A DNA stretch of 64,000 bases. Source: a bacterium (lineage in GTDB: Bacteria > Bdellovibrionota_C > UBA2361 > RFPC01). Below the pieces are notes generated by a model. The model was not told the origin of the DNA. It saw nothing but the letters and a program-made list of their open reading frames with translations, and made no database searches. Below, piece after piece: positions 38,706 through 48,720 of this stretch. A program made the position numbers and the translations under genes. Where the stretch lies: the NCBI GenBank assembly GCA_030431715.1, contig JAUIIO010000005.1, positions 17,542 through 81,541 of the forward strand, written 5' to 3'. Every line of letters starts with the position of its first letter. Within the stretch, counting starts at the first letter, position 1.

Positions 38706-39383
38706 TCATTGTTCAAAAGACAATCTGTTGTGGATAAGATGAAAAGTGGCAAGCCCGAGCTCCTTGAATCCGTAAAAGTCGCAGAGAACCCAAGCCATTA
38801 GAATGGAAAGGATGGTAAAGTTCATTCCAATAACATAAAGCAGACCAATACGATATCCACCGAGAAGGTTAGAGAAGTCAGTTTGGTGTGGCCCAATATC
38901 GTTATAGTTTAAAAACACATCAGCACCGTACCAGAATGATACGAAAAAGAGATATGCATTTGTGTGTACTTGTAGCAGGGGGATACCGAGAAGGAATGCG
39001 GGAATAGTAAAAAGGGGGAAGTAGTACGGCGCGAGATAGATGAAAGCATTATATGCTTTTGTCTCTTCAGTATAGCTGTATTGAAAGTGGCCTGTTTCTT
39101 CTTCCACTTTCATCTCTTTCCATTTATTCCCAACGAGATTGGAAACGATAGCATGTTTATACTCATGAAGGAGTACGGCGAATTCATTTTTAACAAGAAG
39201 CGAAGCGAGCCATCCACCGGTACACCCCGCGAGAAGAAAGAGCAGGAGTCTCTCTGTGGAGCTACTATTGTAAATCGAAATGAGGGCAATCGTGTTTAAG
39301 AGCCCGAGTACGTAGAGGAAGATAAGAGAGAAAAAGAAGACGATGCCACCAACAGGTCGTTTTGCCATAGGAGGTATCGTCAA
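38706..39383 (-). CDS. Polytopic membrane protein with an intramembrane-proximal HExxH motif (putative zinc metallopeptidase)
   Basis: 5-6 TMs; LLHEYKHAIVS gives HExxH right after TM2. Confidence 0.4.
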   Translation of the reverse strand: MTIPPMAKRPVGGIVFFFSLIFLYVLGLLNTIALISIYNSSSTERLLLFLLAGCTGGWLASLLVKNEFAVLLHEYKHAIVSNLVGNKWKEMKVEEETGHFQYSYTEETKAYNAFIYLAPYYFPLFTIPAFLLGIPLLQVHTNAYLFFVSFWYGADVFLNYNDIGPHQTDFSNLLGGYRIGLLYVIGMNFTILSILMAWVLCDFYGFKELGLATFHLIHNRLSFEQ

Positions 39384-39401
39384 CTATTTAGAGGGCTGGC
39401 G

Positions 39402-39614
39402 TCAATGGTGCGGGTTTGCCCTCGAATGCGGGGGGCTATCACAGGGCATCAGTGCCTTTGCGAGAAGGTTATTCTTAACCTCATATTTCCCCGTCGCGAT
39501 AATTTTTCGCAATCTTTCAATCTCATTTTGGCGGACACTCTCGAGTTCTTTTGCGAGCGATACTGAATAGCTAACGGTATTCATCCTGTACTCCTCTTTA
39601 ATAAAGTATATCAC
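39402..39614 (-). CDS. FlgM-like anti-sigma-28 factor (short)
   Basis: The C-terminal segment EIERLRKIIATGKYEVKNNLLAKAL resembles the conserved FlgM sigma-28-binding helix (..L+.AI..G.Y.VD...IA..L). 70 aa; 19 bp upstream of the HExxH membrane gene. Confidence 0.4.
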   Translation of the reverse strand: MIYFIKEEYRMNTVSYSVSLAKELESVRQNEIERLRKIIATGKYEVKNNLLAKALMPCDSPPHSRANPHH

Positions 39615-39730
39615 CCAGAGATAACATCGAGCATAATTTGAGCATGCTCAAGGAAGTGGGGCTCAAATATTTTGAGACACTGCGATTTGGGTATTTCTCT
39701 TAAAGCTTAAAGACTACGAATGTTACGCAT

Positions 39731-40906
39731 CTAATCTAAAGCTCTCATAGCTGGAAGGGGTTTCCCTTCTAGGAGGGCAAGGAATGCACCGCCGCCAGTA
39801 GATATGTAATCAAACTTATGATCAAGTTCCATCTGGTGAATCGCAGCATCAGTATCTCCACCACCAACCACGGTAAGTGCATGACTACTTGCCACGTGCT
39901 CGACCATGGAGGTCGTTCCTTTAGAGTATTCCTCAAGTTCAAATGCTCCCATCGGACCATTCCAGACGATTGTTTCTGCTGATTGGATCGCTTCGCTATA
40001 GAGCGTTACCGTAGCTGGCCCAATATCAAGTGCCATCATATCGGCAGGCACCTCTTGTGCGGTTACTGCACGGCTAAAGCCGTCGTTCTTGAGTTGTGGT
40101 GCGACAACAAAGTCGACAGGGAGATAAAGCTGGCAGCCTCTTCGAGCGAGCGTACCCATAAGTTCTAACACTTTTGGAAAGAGCTCAGCTTCGTAAAGTG
40201 AGCGACCCATTTGAAAGCCCTGCGCGGCAATAAATGTGTTCGCCATTGCGCCACCGATGATGACTTTATCTGCCTTGTCAGCGAGGTTGATGAGAGCTTC
40301 AAGTTTTGATGAAACTTTCGCGCCACCAAGGATAACACAGAGTGGCCGCTTGGGATCTACGAGCGCCTTATTATAATAGTCGAGCTCTTTCTGCATCAAA
40401 AGCCCTGGTGCCTTTTCGCTTAAGAGCGCAGGAATTCCAACGACAGAAGCGTGTGCGCGGTGAGCAGTTGCAAAGGCGTCATTCACATATACTTCACCGA
40501 GAGAAGCAAGCTCTCTGGCAAAGGCGTTGTCGTTATCTTTTTCGCCGTTATGAAAGCGCAGGTTTTCAAGTAGGAGGATCTGGCCAGTTTCGAGATTCTT
40601 TGCGAGTTCCTGTACTTCAGATCCAATACAGTCTGTGGCGAGTGTTACATCTTTCTTTATGAGTTCAGAGATTTTGTCTGCAACAGGTTTAAGCGAAGCT
40701 TCAGGAACACGCTTTCCGCCTGGTCTTCCAAAGTGAGACATAATGATTGGTGTAGCCCCTTTCTCTAAAAGATACTCTAGCGTAGGGAGGAATTGTTTGA
40801 TTCGGTTGGCGTCAGTAATAGCTAGCTGCTCATTGACGGGAACATTGAGATCGGCTCTGACGAGAACTTTTTTGCCACTCACATTTAAATCGGACAGATG
40901 TTTCAT
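39731..40906 (-). CDS. pgk: Phosphoglycerate kinase
   Basis: Full-length PGK with conserved N- and C-domain blocks (RADLNVP, GGGAFLALLEGK...). Confidence 0.93.
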   Translation of the reverse strand: MKHLSDLNVSGKKVLVRADLNVPVNEQLAITDANRIKQFLPTLEYLLEKGATPIIMSHFGRPGGKRVPEASLKPVADKISELIKKDVTLATDCIGSEVQELAKNLETGQILLLENLRFHNGEKDNDNAFARELASLGEVYVNDAFATAHRAHASVVGIPALLSEKAPGLLMQKELDYYNKALVDPKRPLCVILGGAKVSSKLEALINLADKADKVIIGGAMANTFIAAQGFQMGRSLYEAELFPKVLELMGTLARRGCQLYLPVDFVVAPQLKNDGFSRAVTAQEVPADMMALDIGPATVTLYSEAIQSAETIVWNGPMGAFELEEYSKGTTSMVEHVASSHALTVVGGGDTDAAIHQMELDHKFDYISTGGGAFLALLEGKPLPAMRALD

Positions 40907-41066
40907 AAGATTGTGTCACTCCAAGGTGTATATATTGACTGAGTTTTGCGACGGCAATTATAGACACAAGAATATTGAGGTACAAGGGGAGGGCGGCGAA
41001 AAAGTGATAAATTGCGGCTTGCTCGCACCGTGGGAGAAGGCCGTGCAAGGAGACCGTGCAGTGCTA

Positions 41067-41912
41067 CTACACGCCAGTGGGCTCATCAAGAAAGACTGTT
41101 TGAACATCAAAGTCTCGTTCTAGTCTTTTCGCGATAGCTCTCACGCCTGTTGTCTCTGTGGCATAGTGGCCGAGAAAGAGTGCGTTTTTACCAAGCTCTT
41201 TAGTTAGATGATACGCTTCATGCTTTGGCTCACCTGAAATAAGGAGATCTAGTCCCTCGTTGGCGCAAGCTTCAATTGCAAAACTTCCAGAACCAGTGAC
41301 TACTCCGACAGATGTCATACGTTCTGGACCAAAGGCAAAAAGCGTGTCAGGGGTTTGGGCACGACCGGGAAGCGCAGCAGAGAGCTCAACAATCTCTTCG
41401 AGAGTGAGTGGGGAAGGGAATTGTCCCTTTACCCCTATGAGCTTTCCCTCGTATTCGCAGAAGGGCTCAAGTTTCTCAAGGTTTAGGAGCCGTGCGAGTT
41501 CATATCCGTTGCCAACTTCCTTGTTCGCATCAAGTGGAAGGTGACTTGCGTATAGCGATATATTCTTATCGAGCAGGTAGCGTATCTTTGAACCAAGTCG
41601 CCCAGTAATGGGTTGTAAGTGTCCGCCCCAGAAGAGCCCGTGATGCACTATGAGCAAGTCGCAATCTTTCTCGGCAGCTTGTTCAAATATGCTGCTAGCG
41701 GCATCAACAGCGACACCGACCTTTGCGATATTTTCGTTTGCCGCTTCGACCTGTAACCCATTGTAAGCAGCGTCTTTATAGGCGCTAGGCTCGAGCAGGC
41801 TATTTAAATAGGTGGTGATAGAGTGAAGTTTGACCATCTGGTTTCCCTTACTTGCATTTTTTGAATAATATCCATATCCTCTACCCCTTACAAGTCGTAA
41901 GGAAACGTTCAC
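41067..41912 (-). CDS. Nif3-family dinuclear-metal-centre protein (GTP cyclohydrolase 1 type 2 homologue)
   Basis: Nif3/YbgI blocks (LIVHHGLFWG, HYATETTG); the real start is probably the internal MVKLHSIT. Confidence 0.8.
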   Translation of the reverse strand: MNVSLRLVRGRGYGYYSKNASKGNQMVKLHSITTYLNSLLEPSAYKDAAYNGLQVEAANENIAKVGVAVDAASSIFEQAAEKDCDLLIVHHGLFWGGHLQPITGRLGSKIRYLLDKNISLYASHLPLDANKEVGNGYELARLLNLEKLEPFCEYEGKLIGVKGQFPSPLTLEEIVELSAALPGRAQTPDTLFAFGPERMTSVGVVTGSGSFAIEACANEGLDLLISGEPKHEAYHLTKELGKNALFLGHYATETTGVRAIAKRLERDFDVQTVFLDEPTGV

Positions 41913-41936
41913 AAGGAAGAATAAAGCTGAACTGAT

Positions 41937-42803
41937 ATGGGTTGGTTTTCTAGAAGTAAAGCACCGAAGCCGCAGAGCGATCAGAATGAGAGCGATCGCT
42001 ATCAGATGCCTGATGATATCTGGACGAAGTGCCCGGAGTGCGCCTCAATTCTTTACACCAAAGATCTCAGAAGAACCGCAGGTGTTTGCACAAGGTGTGA
42101 GTACCATTTTCGTTTAACTGCTAGTCAGAGAATACCAGTAATGGCAGACCGTCACTCATTTGCTGAGATTGACGCTAATCTACGTTCTTCAGATCCTCTC
42201 AACTTTAGAGACAGTAAGCGATATAAAGAGCGCATCAAGAGAGCAGAGAAAAAGTCTGACTACGTTGAGGCTGTTGTAACAGGCCGAGCACGTCTTAATA
42301 ACATACCCGTGATGCTAGGCATATTTGATTTTAGTTTCATGGGCGGTAGCATGGGGGCTGTTGTCGGTGAAAAGCTCGCTCGAATGATCGAGATAGGGAA
42401 GGACGAAAAGCGCCCGGTTATCATCGTTTCAGCTTCTGGTGGCGCTCGTATGCAGGAGGGAATTTACTCTCTCATGCAGATGGCTAAAGTTAGCGCGGCA
42501 CTCGCTCTTCTTGGTCAAGAAAGAATCCCATACATCTCCGTGCTTACAGATCCGACAACCGGTGGCGTTGCTGCTTCTTTTGCTATGTTAGGGGATGTGA
42601 TTGTTGCTGAGCCCCGTGCTCTTATCGGATTTGCTGGTCCACGTGTTATTGAGCAAACCATTAAGCAAAAGCTCCCGGAAGGTTTTCAGCGCGCAGAGTT
42701 TCTTCTTGAACATGGAATGGTAGATAGAATAATCGCAAGAACCGACCTTAAGGACGAAATAGCTCTCATCTTAAAAAACTTCGGCTTCGCAGCCACAGGG
42801 TAG
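41937..42803 (+). CDS. accD: Acetyl-CoA carboxylase carboxyltransferase beta subunit
   Basis: N-terminal Zn ribbon CPECASILYTKDL...CTRCEYHF and carboxyltransferase motif FSFMGGSMG. Confidence 0.92.
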   Translation: MGWFSRSKAPKPQSDQNESDRYQMPDDIWTKCPECASILYTKDLRRTAGVCTRCEYHFRLTASQRIPVMADRHSFAEIDANLRSSDPLNFRDSKRYKERIKRAEKKSDYVEAVVTGRARLNNIPVMLGIFDFSFMGGSMGAVVGEKLARMIEIGKDEKRPVIIVSASGGARMQEGIYSLMQMAKVSAALALLGQERIPYISVLTDPTTGGVAASFAMLGDVIVAEPRALIGFAGPRVIEQTIKQKLPEGFQRAEFLLEHGMVDRIIARTDLKDEIALILKNFGFAATG

Positions 42804-42829
42804 TTCTCTCGCTCAAAGTCTTCTTATTC

Positions 42830-42960
42830 TCCCCGACGACTCTTAATCCATCCTGCACCTGCCCAGAGCCTCCCCAGATATAGTTCTAGCCCCAGCCTTC
42901 TTGCTCCGTATCTTCCTCTTTCTCTTAATCTTCCTCTTGCACTTGCACATACGCAGCGCT
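42830..42960. repeat. CT-hexamer/TGCAC-type intergenic repeat (single-arm variant)
   Basis: tccatcctgcacctgccc ... atcttcctctttctcttaatcttcctcttgcacttgcac share words with 2690-2745 and 35665-35710. Confidence 0.6.
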
Positions 42961-43053
42961 CTTCGCTATAACGTCGTTATAAATGTATAGACTAGCCTGA
43001 ATTTATTAGGAATGTTCTATTAGTAGGGTATTTTATTCTTACTGGATTCGCAG

Positions 43054-45579
43054 GTGAAATTCTCTATGTTTCGTGCCAATAAAGTTCTTCTGGCTTTTGC
43101 CTCTCTTCACTTTTTAAACACGCTTATTCCCATTGTGCCTGTCTTTGCTCAGGAGGCTCCAACTGATGAGTTTATCTTTGATGAGGATTCCGAGAGGAAG
43201 CAGCGGTTACTGCAGCTAGAACGCGAACAGATTCAGAAGAAACAGATGCAGGCTATTACCGGGAGCAGTAAGGTAGATTTTGAAGCTCCCAATGTTGAGT
43301 ACTTACAGGAAGAGAACAAGCTTAAAGGAACTGGAGGTGTGCTTGTTTCAGCTGAGGGCCTTCAGCTTGAGGCTGATGAAGGTGAGCTTGATCTCGACAC
43401 GAAAGACGGTAGCTTTACCGGCGATGTTCTTCTAACGACTCCCGATGGCGTGATAGAGGCCGACCGGTCCGACTTTAATCTTGATTACGAAACTGGAACT
43501 TTTTATGACGCAGATTTCTCGATTGAAGAGGGAGCGTATCTTATCCACGCAGAGGAAGCGCAACGTATTACAGAAAAGCGCTTTCGGTTAAATGATTGTT
43601 TTTTATCTACCTGTCACTGTGATGATGGCTCGCGACCGTGGCGAATCTCTGGCGACGAAATGGATGTAACAAGAGAAGGGTATGCCCACGCTTATGGAAG
43701 CTCAATATCTTTTCAGGGAGTTCCGTTTTTCTACTCCCCGTGGCTGGCTTTTCCAGTAAAAGAGGAGAGGGCTTCTGGGTTACTCGTACCAATGGCCGGG
43801 TATAGTAACCGTGATGGTGTATCGTTGCGTCAGCCTATTCTGGCAGTGATAGACGATCATTCTGATATGCTCTTTGAGCCTTTTTTCGCTTCAAGAACGA
43901 GGAGAGGTTCGGCGTTTGAGTATCGTAACGCATTTTCGACTCGCAGCAATCTCCATACCCGACTCCTCTACTCAGATGAGAGTCCGCGAGATGGAATGCT
44001 TCGAGGAACAAATGTCACTGATGTCTTTGATCCCACAATCGATGAGGACCGATTCGGCGGATTTTATAGACAAAACTGGCAGAGCGATCCCTCAAGTATC
44101 ATTCCAACCTCTTTTATAGCCAATGTGAATTATGTAAGTGATAATCTCCTTCTGCGCGAGATGGATGAATCAGAGATTGGTGAGTCGAATTCAAGGTATG
44201 TGAATTCGGATGTCGTTCTTAGGAGTAGTTTTGGTGATTACGTTACGACATCTCTAGAAGGTGAGTATAACCAGAGCTTGTTAACGGATCAGGATCTCGT
44301 CTTTCACCGACTTCCTGAAGCGAGAGTGAATGCGCTGCGAAGCTTTCGCCCGTTTGGTTTTCACCCGCTCGGTCTTAAGGTAACAACCAAGGCTGATGTA
44401 CAGGCCACAAACTTCTCCAGAGATACGGGTTTTGAGGGGATGAGGTATGATATCCGCCCGAGCGTAAAAGTGCCTTTACACTACAAAAACTATGTTAATA
44501 TGGAATTTGAAGCTGGCATACGTCAGACTATTTATGATCTCGGAGAGACGTTTAACCCAACAATCTCTGCACAGCTTCCCTTTGAAGATCTTGATGATTC
44601 AAACGATCGTACCCTTCCTGATGCGAGTGTTAAAGTTAACACTGCTATTGAGAGAGTTTTTGAGCTCCCCGAAGAAACATGGATTAAGGACGTTACCGCA
44701 CTTGGTTCAGAAGCCGGTGAATATGAGCTACAACGTTTAAAGCATACTTTCGTGCCTGGCATGACATTTCAATACGTTCCGGATACGACGCAAACGGATC
44801 TTCCTATCTTTGATGCGATCGATCGTCTCAGGGAGAAGAGTCTTGTTGCGCTCGATCTGAGGAATAGTCTTTACGGGAGCTTTAAGCCTCGTGGTCAGCT
44901 ACCACCTCAACAGATTGAAGAGCTTGCCCCTGAAGTACAAGATTTCGGTCGTATTCGAGATAATTATCTTTTGGGAGATCTTGATAATCTGTATGGCACA
45001 GAGGATGTCTTCGCCCGTCAAAATATCCGTAAGGGCCGTAATATGGTAAGAGAGCTCGCCAGCTTTAGGCTCCTTCAGAGCTATGATTACATTGAAGATG
45101 TTGATGATAATGATCCGAACCGTGATGCTTTCTCAGATCTTGGTGCTATCGCTACAATCTTCCCTACGCCTCAATTTGCTCTGAGCGCAGATACAAACTA
45201 TAACGTTCAAGAAGAGGATGTTTCTTCGTGGGGACTTGCAACGCACTTTCGTGATGATCGTGGAGATGTGCTTCGTGTGCGCTACTCTTTTATCGATGAG
45301 AGCATTAGCCAGCTTACAGGCAATTTGCAGATTGCACTTACCGATCAGCTTCAGGTTGGCTACTTTGCGAGATTTGATGAGCTCGAGAGTGACTTCATCG
45401 AACAGCGAGCAGCGCTACGGCTAAAGAGTGCGTGTAACTGCTGGCATATAGATTTTGGAGTCAGCGAGCAGGTAAACCCCGACAGGCAGAGGTTCTTGTT
45501 TAGCTTTACACTTCGTGGCCTCGGAGATCTTACTGAGGAATTTGGCTTTCGTGATGATCCAGACCGGGATAATACCTGA
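43054..45579 (+). CDS. lptD: LPS-assembly outer-membrane protein LptD
   Basis: Signal peptide, OstA-like N-domain, conserved CFLSTC...Cys pair, FFYSPWLAFPVKEERASGLLVP block, and a large beta-barrel; 841 aa. Confidence 0.85.
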   Translation: MKFSMFRANKVLLAFASLHFLNTLIPIVPVFAQEAPTDEFIFDEDSERKQRLLQLEREQIQKKQMQAITGSSKVDFEAPNVEYLQEENKLKGTGGVLVSAEGLQLEADEGELDLDTKDGSFTGDVLLTTPDGVIEADRSDFNLDYETGTFYDADFSIEEGAYLIHAEEAQRITEKRFRLNDCFLSTCHCDDGSRPWRISGDEMDVTREGYAHAYGSSISFQGVPFFYSPWLAFPVKEERASGLLVPMAGYSNRDGVSLRQPILAVIDDHSDMLFEPFFASRTRRGSAFEYRNAFSTRSNLHTRLLYSDESPRDGMLRGTNVTDVFDPTIDEDRFGGFYRQNWQSDPSSIIPTSFIANVNYVSDNLLLREMDESEIGESNSRYVNSDVVLRSSFGDYVTTSLEGEYNQSLLTDQDLVFHRLPEARVNALRSFRPFGFHPLGLKVTTKADVQATNFSRDTGFEGMRYDIRPSVKVPLHYKNYVNMEFEAGIRQTIYDLGETFNPTISAQLPFEDLDDSNDRTLPDASVKVNTAIERVFELPEETWIKDVTALGSEAGEYELQRLKHTFVPGMTFQYVPDTTQTDLPIFDAIDRLREKSLVALDLRNSLYGSFKPRGQLPPQQIEELAPEVQDFGRIRDNYLLGDLDNLYGTEDVFARQNIRKGRNMVRELASFRLLQSYDYIEDVDDNDPNRDAFSDLGAIATIFPTPQFALSADTNYNVQEEDVSSWGLATHFRDDRGDVLRVRYSFIDESISQLTGNLQIALTDQLQVGYFARFDELESDFIEQRAALRLKSACNCWHIDFGVSEQVNPDRQRFLFSFTLRGLGDLTEEFGFRDDPDRDNT

Positions 45580-45606
45580 GCCAATTGCGGGAAAAGGATT
45601 ACACAT

Positions 45607-46629
45607 ATGACTAAAAGAGTTCTCGTTACTGGTGGAGCCGGATTTATCGGGAGTAATCTCGTACATTATCTTGTGAAAGAACGTCCTGATTGGAAGATTG
45701 TAGTATGCGATCTTCTGACCTATGCCGGAAATCTTGAAAATATTTCTGCGCTTCTTGATGAGAATAAAATTGATTTCGTGCGTTGTGACATTGCAGATGC
45801 GAGTAATGTAGAAGATCTCTTTTCAAACTATGAATTCGATCTCGTCTTTCATCTGGCCGCTGAGAGCCATGTCGATCGTTCGATTCTAAGCGCCGCCCCG
45901 TTCATGAAGACTAATGTACTTGGTACAGAACATCTTCTCTCCGCAGCCAAGTCTCATGCAGTTCAGCGCTTCGTCCATGTCTCTACAGATGAAGTATACG
46001 GGTCTCTTGGCGAAACGGGCCGTTTTGTTGAGACCACACCTCTAGACCCCACAAGTCCATACGCCGCCTCTAAGGCAGCATCAGATCTTGTTGTTCAGTC
46101 GTATCATAAGACCCATTCCCTTGATGCTGTGATAACTCGTTGCACCAATAACTATGGCCCTTATCAGTTTCCAGAAAAGTTTATCCCACTTTTTATCTCT
46201 AATGTTTTAGAAGGCAAACCGCTCCCGCTCTACGGCGATGGCATGCAGATACGCAACTGGCTTCATGTCATCGATCACTGCCGTGCCCTTCTTCTTATCG
46301 CGGAAAAGGGAATAGCTGGCGAAGTCTATAATATTGGTGGCGGGGAAGCTTCAGAGGTGCCAAACAAAGAGGTGGCATTAAAGATTATCCATACTCTGTC
46401 AGCATCTGAAGATCTCTTACAACATGTAACGGATCGTCTCGCCCACGACCGACGCTATGCAATTGATCATTCAAAGCTTGAAAATGAATTAGGTTGGTCA
46501 CCGACCGTTACTTTCGATCAAGGACTTGCTGATACGATCTCTTGGTATCAGAAGCATGCTGCATGGTGGGAGCACATTAAGAGTGGCTCGTACCGTGAAT
46601 ACTATGAGCAGAACTACGGGAACCGCTAA
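45607..46629 (+). CDS. rfbB: dTDP-glucose 4,6-dehydratase
   Basis: VLVTGGAGFIGSN and the YxxxK (PYAASKAASD) SDR-extended motifs; 340 aa. Confidence 0.9.
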   Translation: MTKRVLVTGGAGFIGSNLVHYLVKERPDWKIVVCDLLTYAGNLENISALLDENKIDFVRCDIADASNVEDLFSNYEFDLVFHLAAESHVDRSILSAAPFMKTNVLGTEHLLSAAKSHAVQRFVHVSTDEVYGSLGETGRFVETTPLDPTSPYAASKAASDLVVQSYHKTHSLDAVITRCTNNYGPYQFPEKFIPLFISNVLEGKPLPLYGDGMQIRNWLHVIDHCRALLLIAEKGIAGEVYNIGGGEASEVPNKEVALKIIHTLSASEDLLQHVTDRLAHDRRYAIDHSKLENELGWSPTVTFDQGLADTISWYQKHAAWWEHIKSGSYREYYEQNYGNR

Positions 46630-46641
46630 TCGGTACCAGTT

Positions 46642-47526
46642 ATGAAGATCTTACTTTTTGGTGGAACAGGACAGCTCGGAAGAGAGATAGTGCAGAAGGC
46701 CGAAGGCCTTCACCTAGAATGCGTGTATCCGGTAAGTAGCGAGTTAGATGTTTCAGAAAGAGATGAAGTGGTGCGTCTAGCTACCGCAAGCACCCCAGAC
46801 ATTATTATTAATACTGCCGCGTATACGGCGGTCGATCGAGCAGAAGAAGAGTCAGAGAGATGCTTTGCTATTAATGCCAGAGGTGCGGCTCATGTTGCAG
46901 AAGCCGCGAAAGAGAGTGGAGCAGCACTTATTCACATCTCAACCGATTATGTCTATGGCAATAAGGCAACAGAGCCTATTAAGGAAGACTTTTCGCCTGA
47001 GCCACTCAATGTCTATGGACGATCGAAGCTTGAGGGAGATAATGCTGTTCTTGATATCCTCAGAAGCCGTGCTACTATTATGCGGGTTTCCTCGCTTCAC
47101 GGGCAGTATGGGCACAATTTTGTTCATACGATGCTTCGACTATTTGAAGAAAAGGAGCTTGTAAAAGTGGTGCAAGACCAGGTGATGTCTCCGACGTGGA
47201 CTGGCTGGCTTGCTGAAGTCGTATTAGATATTGCTCGTACTGATACCGACACAAGCGGTATCGTGCATGCAGCAAGTGCCGGAGAGATCTCATGGTTTGA
47301 TTTTGCCAGAGAGATATACCAACTTGCCGCGCCACAAAGTAAGGACGAAGGCTGGAAAGCAAAGCTTGAGCCGACAACTTCTGAGAGCTATGTGACGGCG
47401 GCTACACGTCCCCGGTACTCAGTTCTCGATACTACAAAGCTTGAACACATACTTGGGAGAGATGTGATCACCTGGCAAGATGGGCTCACTCATCACTTAA
47501 AAGACATAGGGAGATATGCATTATGA
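46642..47526 (+). CDS. rfbD: dTDP-4-dehydrorhamnose reductase
   Basis: MKILLFGGTGQLG and the RmlD fold; 294 aa; follows rfbB. Confidence 0.85.
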   Translation: MKILLFGGTGQLGREIVQKAEGLHLECVYPVSSELDVSERDEVVRLATASTPDIIINTAAYTAVDRAEEESERCFAINARGAAHVAEAAKESGAALIHISTDYVYGNKATEPIKEDFSPEPLNVYGRSKLEGDNAVLDILRSRATIMRVSSLHGQYGHNFVHTMLRLFEEKELVKVVQDQVMSPTWTGWLAEVVLDIARTDTDTSGIVHAASAGEISWFDFAREIYQLAAPQSKDEGWKAKLEPTTSESYVTAATRPRYSVLDTTKLEHILGRDVITWQDGLTHHLKDIGRYAL

Positions 47527-48590
47527 TTACAGGTACGAAAATAGCTATCCTAGCAGGTGGACAGGGCTCACGTTTCTGGCCGGTGAGCAGGATGGAGCGA
47601 CCCAAGCAGTTTTTGTCTATTAGCCAGACCGGTGAAAGCCTCATTCAGGCAACATCAAGACGTGTCGCCTCACTCGTACAAAAAGAGAATGTCTGGATTA
47701 TTACCAATATCATCCACGAGCCGATGATACGTCAGCATGTTCCATACGCGAAAGTAATATCGGAACCAGTAGGAAGAAACACTGCAGCTGCTATCGGACT
47801 GGCGGCTATTCACGCGGCGGTAGAAGATGAAGAAACAGTGCTTCTTTGTCTCCCGGCGGATCATGCGGTTAATGACGAAGAGAAACTCCGTGAGACCCTC
47901 GCCGATGTTGCCACACTGGCCAAGAATCATGATGTGCTTGTGACAGTAGGTATTCCACCAACTCGCCCAGATACTGCTTATGGTTATATTCAGCGCGGCG
48001 AAAAGATTGAAGACGGGGCCTATAAAGTAAATCGCTTTTTTGAGAAGCCAAATGAAACAAGAGCTGAAAAGTATCTGGAGCAGGGAGGGTTCTACTGGAA
48101 CAGTGGAATGTTTGGTTGGAGAGCTTCTGTAATTTTAAAAGCTATTGAAGATCATCTCCCGGAGCTTTATGCCCAGCTTATGGAGCTTAAGCCAGCTATA
48201 GGAACTCCTGAAGAGGCTGAAAAGACCGCAGCCATTTACGAAAAAATGGAGTCAATCTCTATCGATTTTGGAGTTATGGAGCATGCTAAAAATACTGCTA
48301 TGGTAGAAGCCAAGCCTTATGGTTGGAATGATGTAGGCTCGTGGGATGCGTGGGCAGAGCAATTTGCAAAAGATGAGAATGGGAACCTCTTTCACGGAGA
48401 TGCGTTAGCAATTGATTCAAAAGACAATGTTCTCTACTCAAATGACAGACTGGTAGCAGTAGTTGGAGCAAAGGACCTCATCGTCATAGATTCCGGCGAC
48501 GCCGTCCTCGTCTGCCCCAGAGACAGCGTCCAAGACGTACGAAAAGTAGTAAAAGAACTAAAAGAAAAAGGCCGCACCGAACTTATCTAA
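47523..48590 (+). CDS. Mannose-1-phosphate guanylyltransferase (no fused PMI domain)
   Basis: IAILAGGQGSRFWP...RPKQFL nucleotidyltransferase motif; 355 aa; overlaps the rfbD stop. Confidence 0.8.
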   Translation: MITGTKIAILAGGQGSRFWPVSRMERPKQFLSISQTGESLIQATSRRVASLVQKENVWIITNIIHEPMIRQHVPYAKVISEPVGRNTAAAIGLAAIHAAVEDEETVLLCLPADHAVNDEEKLRETLADVATLAKNHDVLVTVGIPPTRPDTAYGYIQRGEKIEDGAYKVNRFFEKPNETRAEKYLEQGGFYWNSGMFGWRASVILKAIEDHLPELYAQLMELKPAIGTPEEAEKTAAIYEKMESISIDFGVMEHAKNTAMVEAKPYGWNDVGSWDAWAEQFAKDENGNLFHGDALAIDSKDNVLYSNDRLVAVVGAKDLIVIDSGDAVLVCPRDSVQDVRKVVKELKEKGRTELI

Positions 48591-48610
48591 CACGGGGGCG
48601 CAAGCTCCCA

Positions 48611-48684
48611 CTTTGTCCTGCTCCTTGTCCTTATCTTGCTCTAATTTGGGTCAGGAATAAGACTAGGAAGAGGACAAGGAGAGC
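48611..48684. repeat. Hairpin copy of the TCCT-hexamer intergenic unit
   Basis: ctttgtcctgctccttgtccttatcttgctc, a short loop, then gggtcaggaataagactaggaagaggacaaggagagc, which is a near reverse-complement of the canonical unit. Confidence 0.75.
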
Positions 48685-48720
48685 TAGCCTACACACATCA
48701 CCTGTGAAATAATCTCCACA

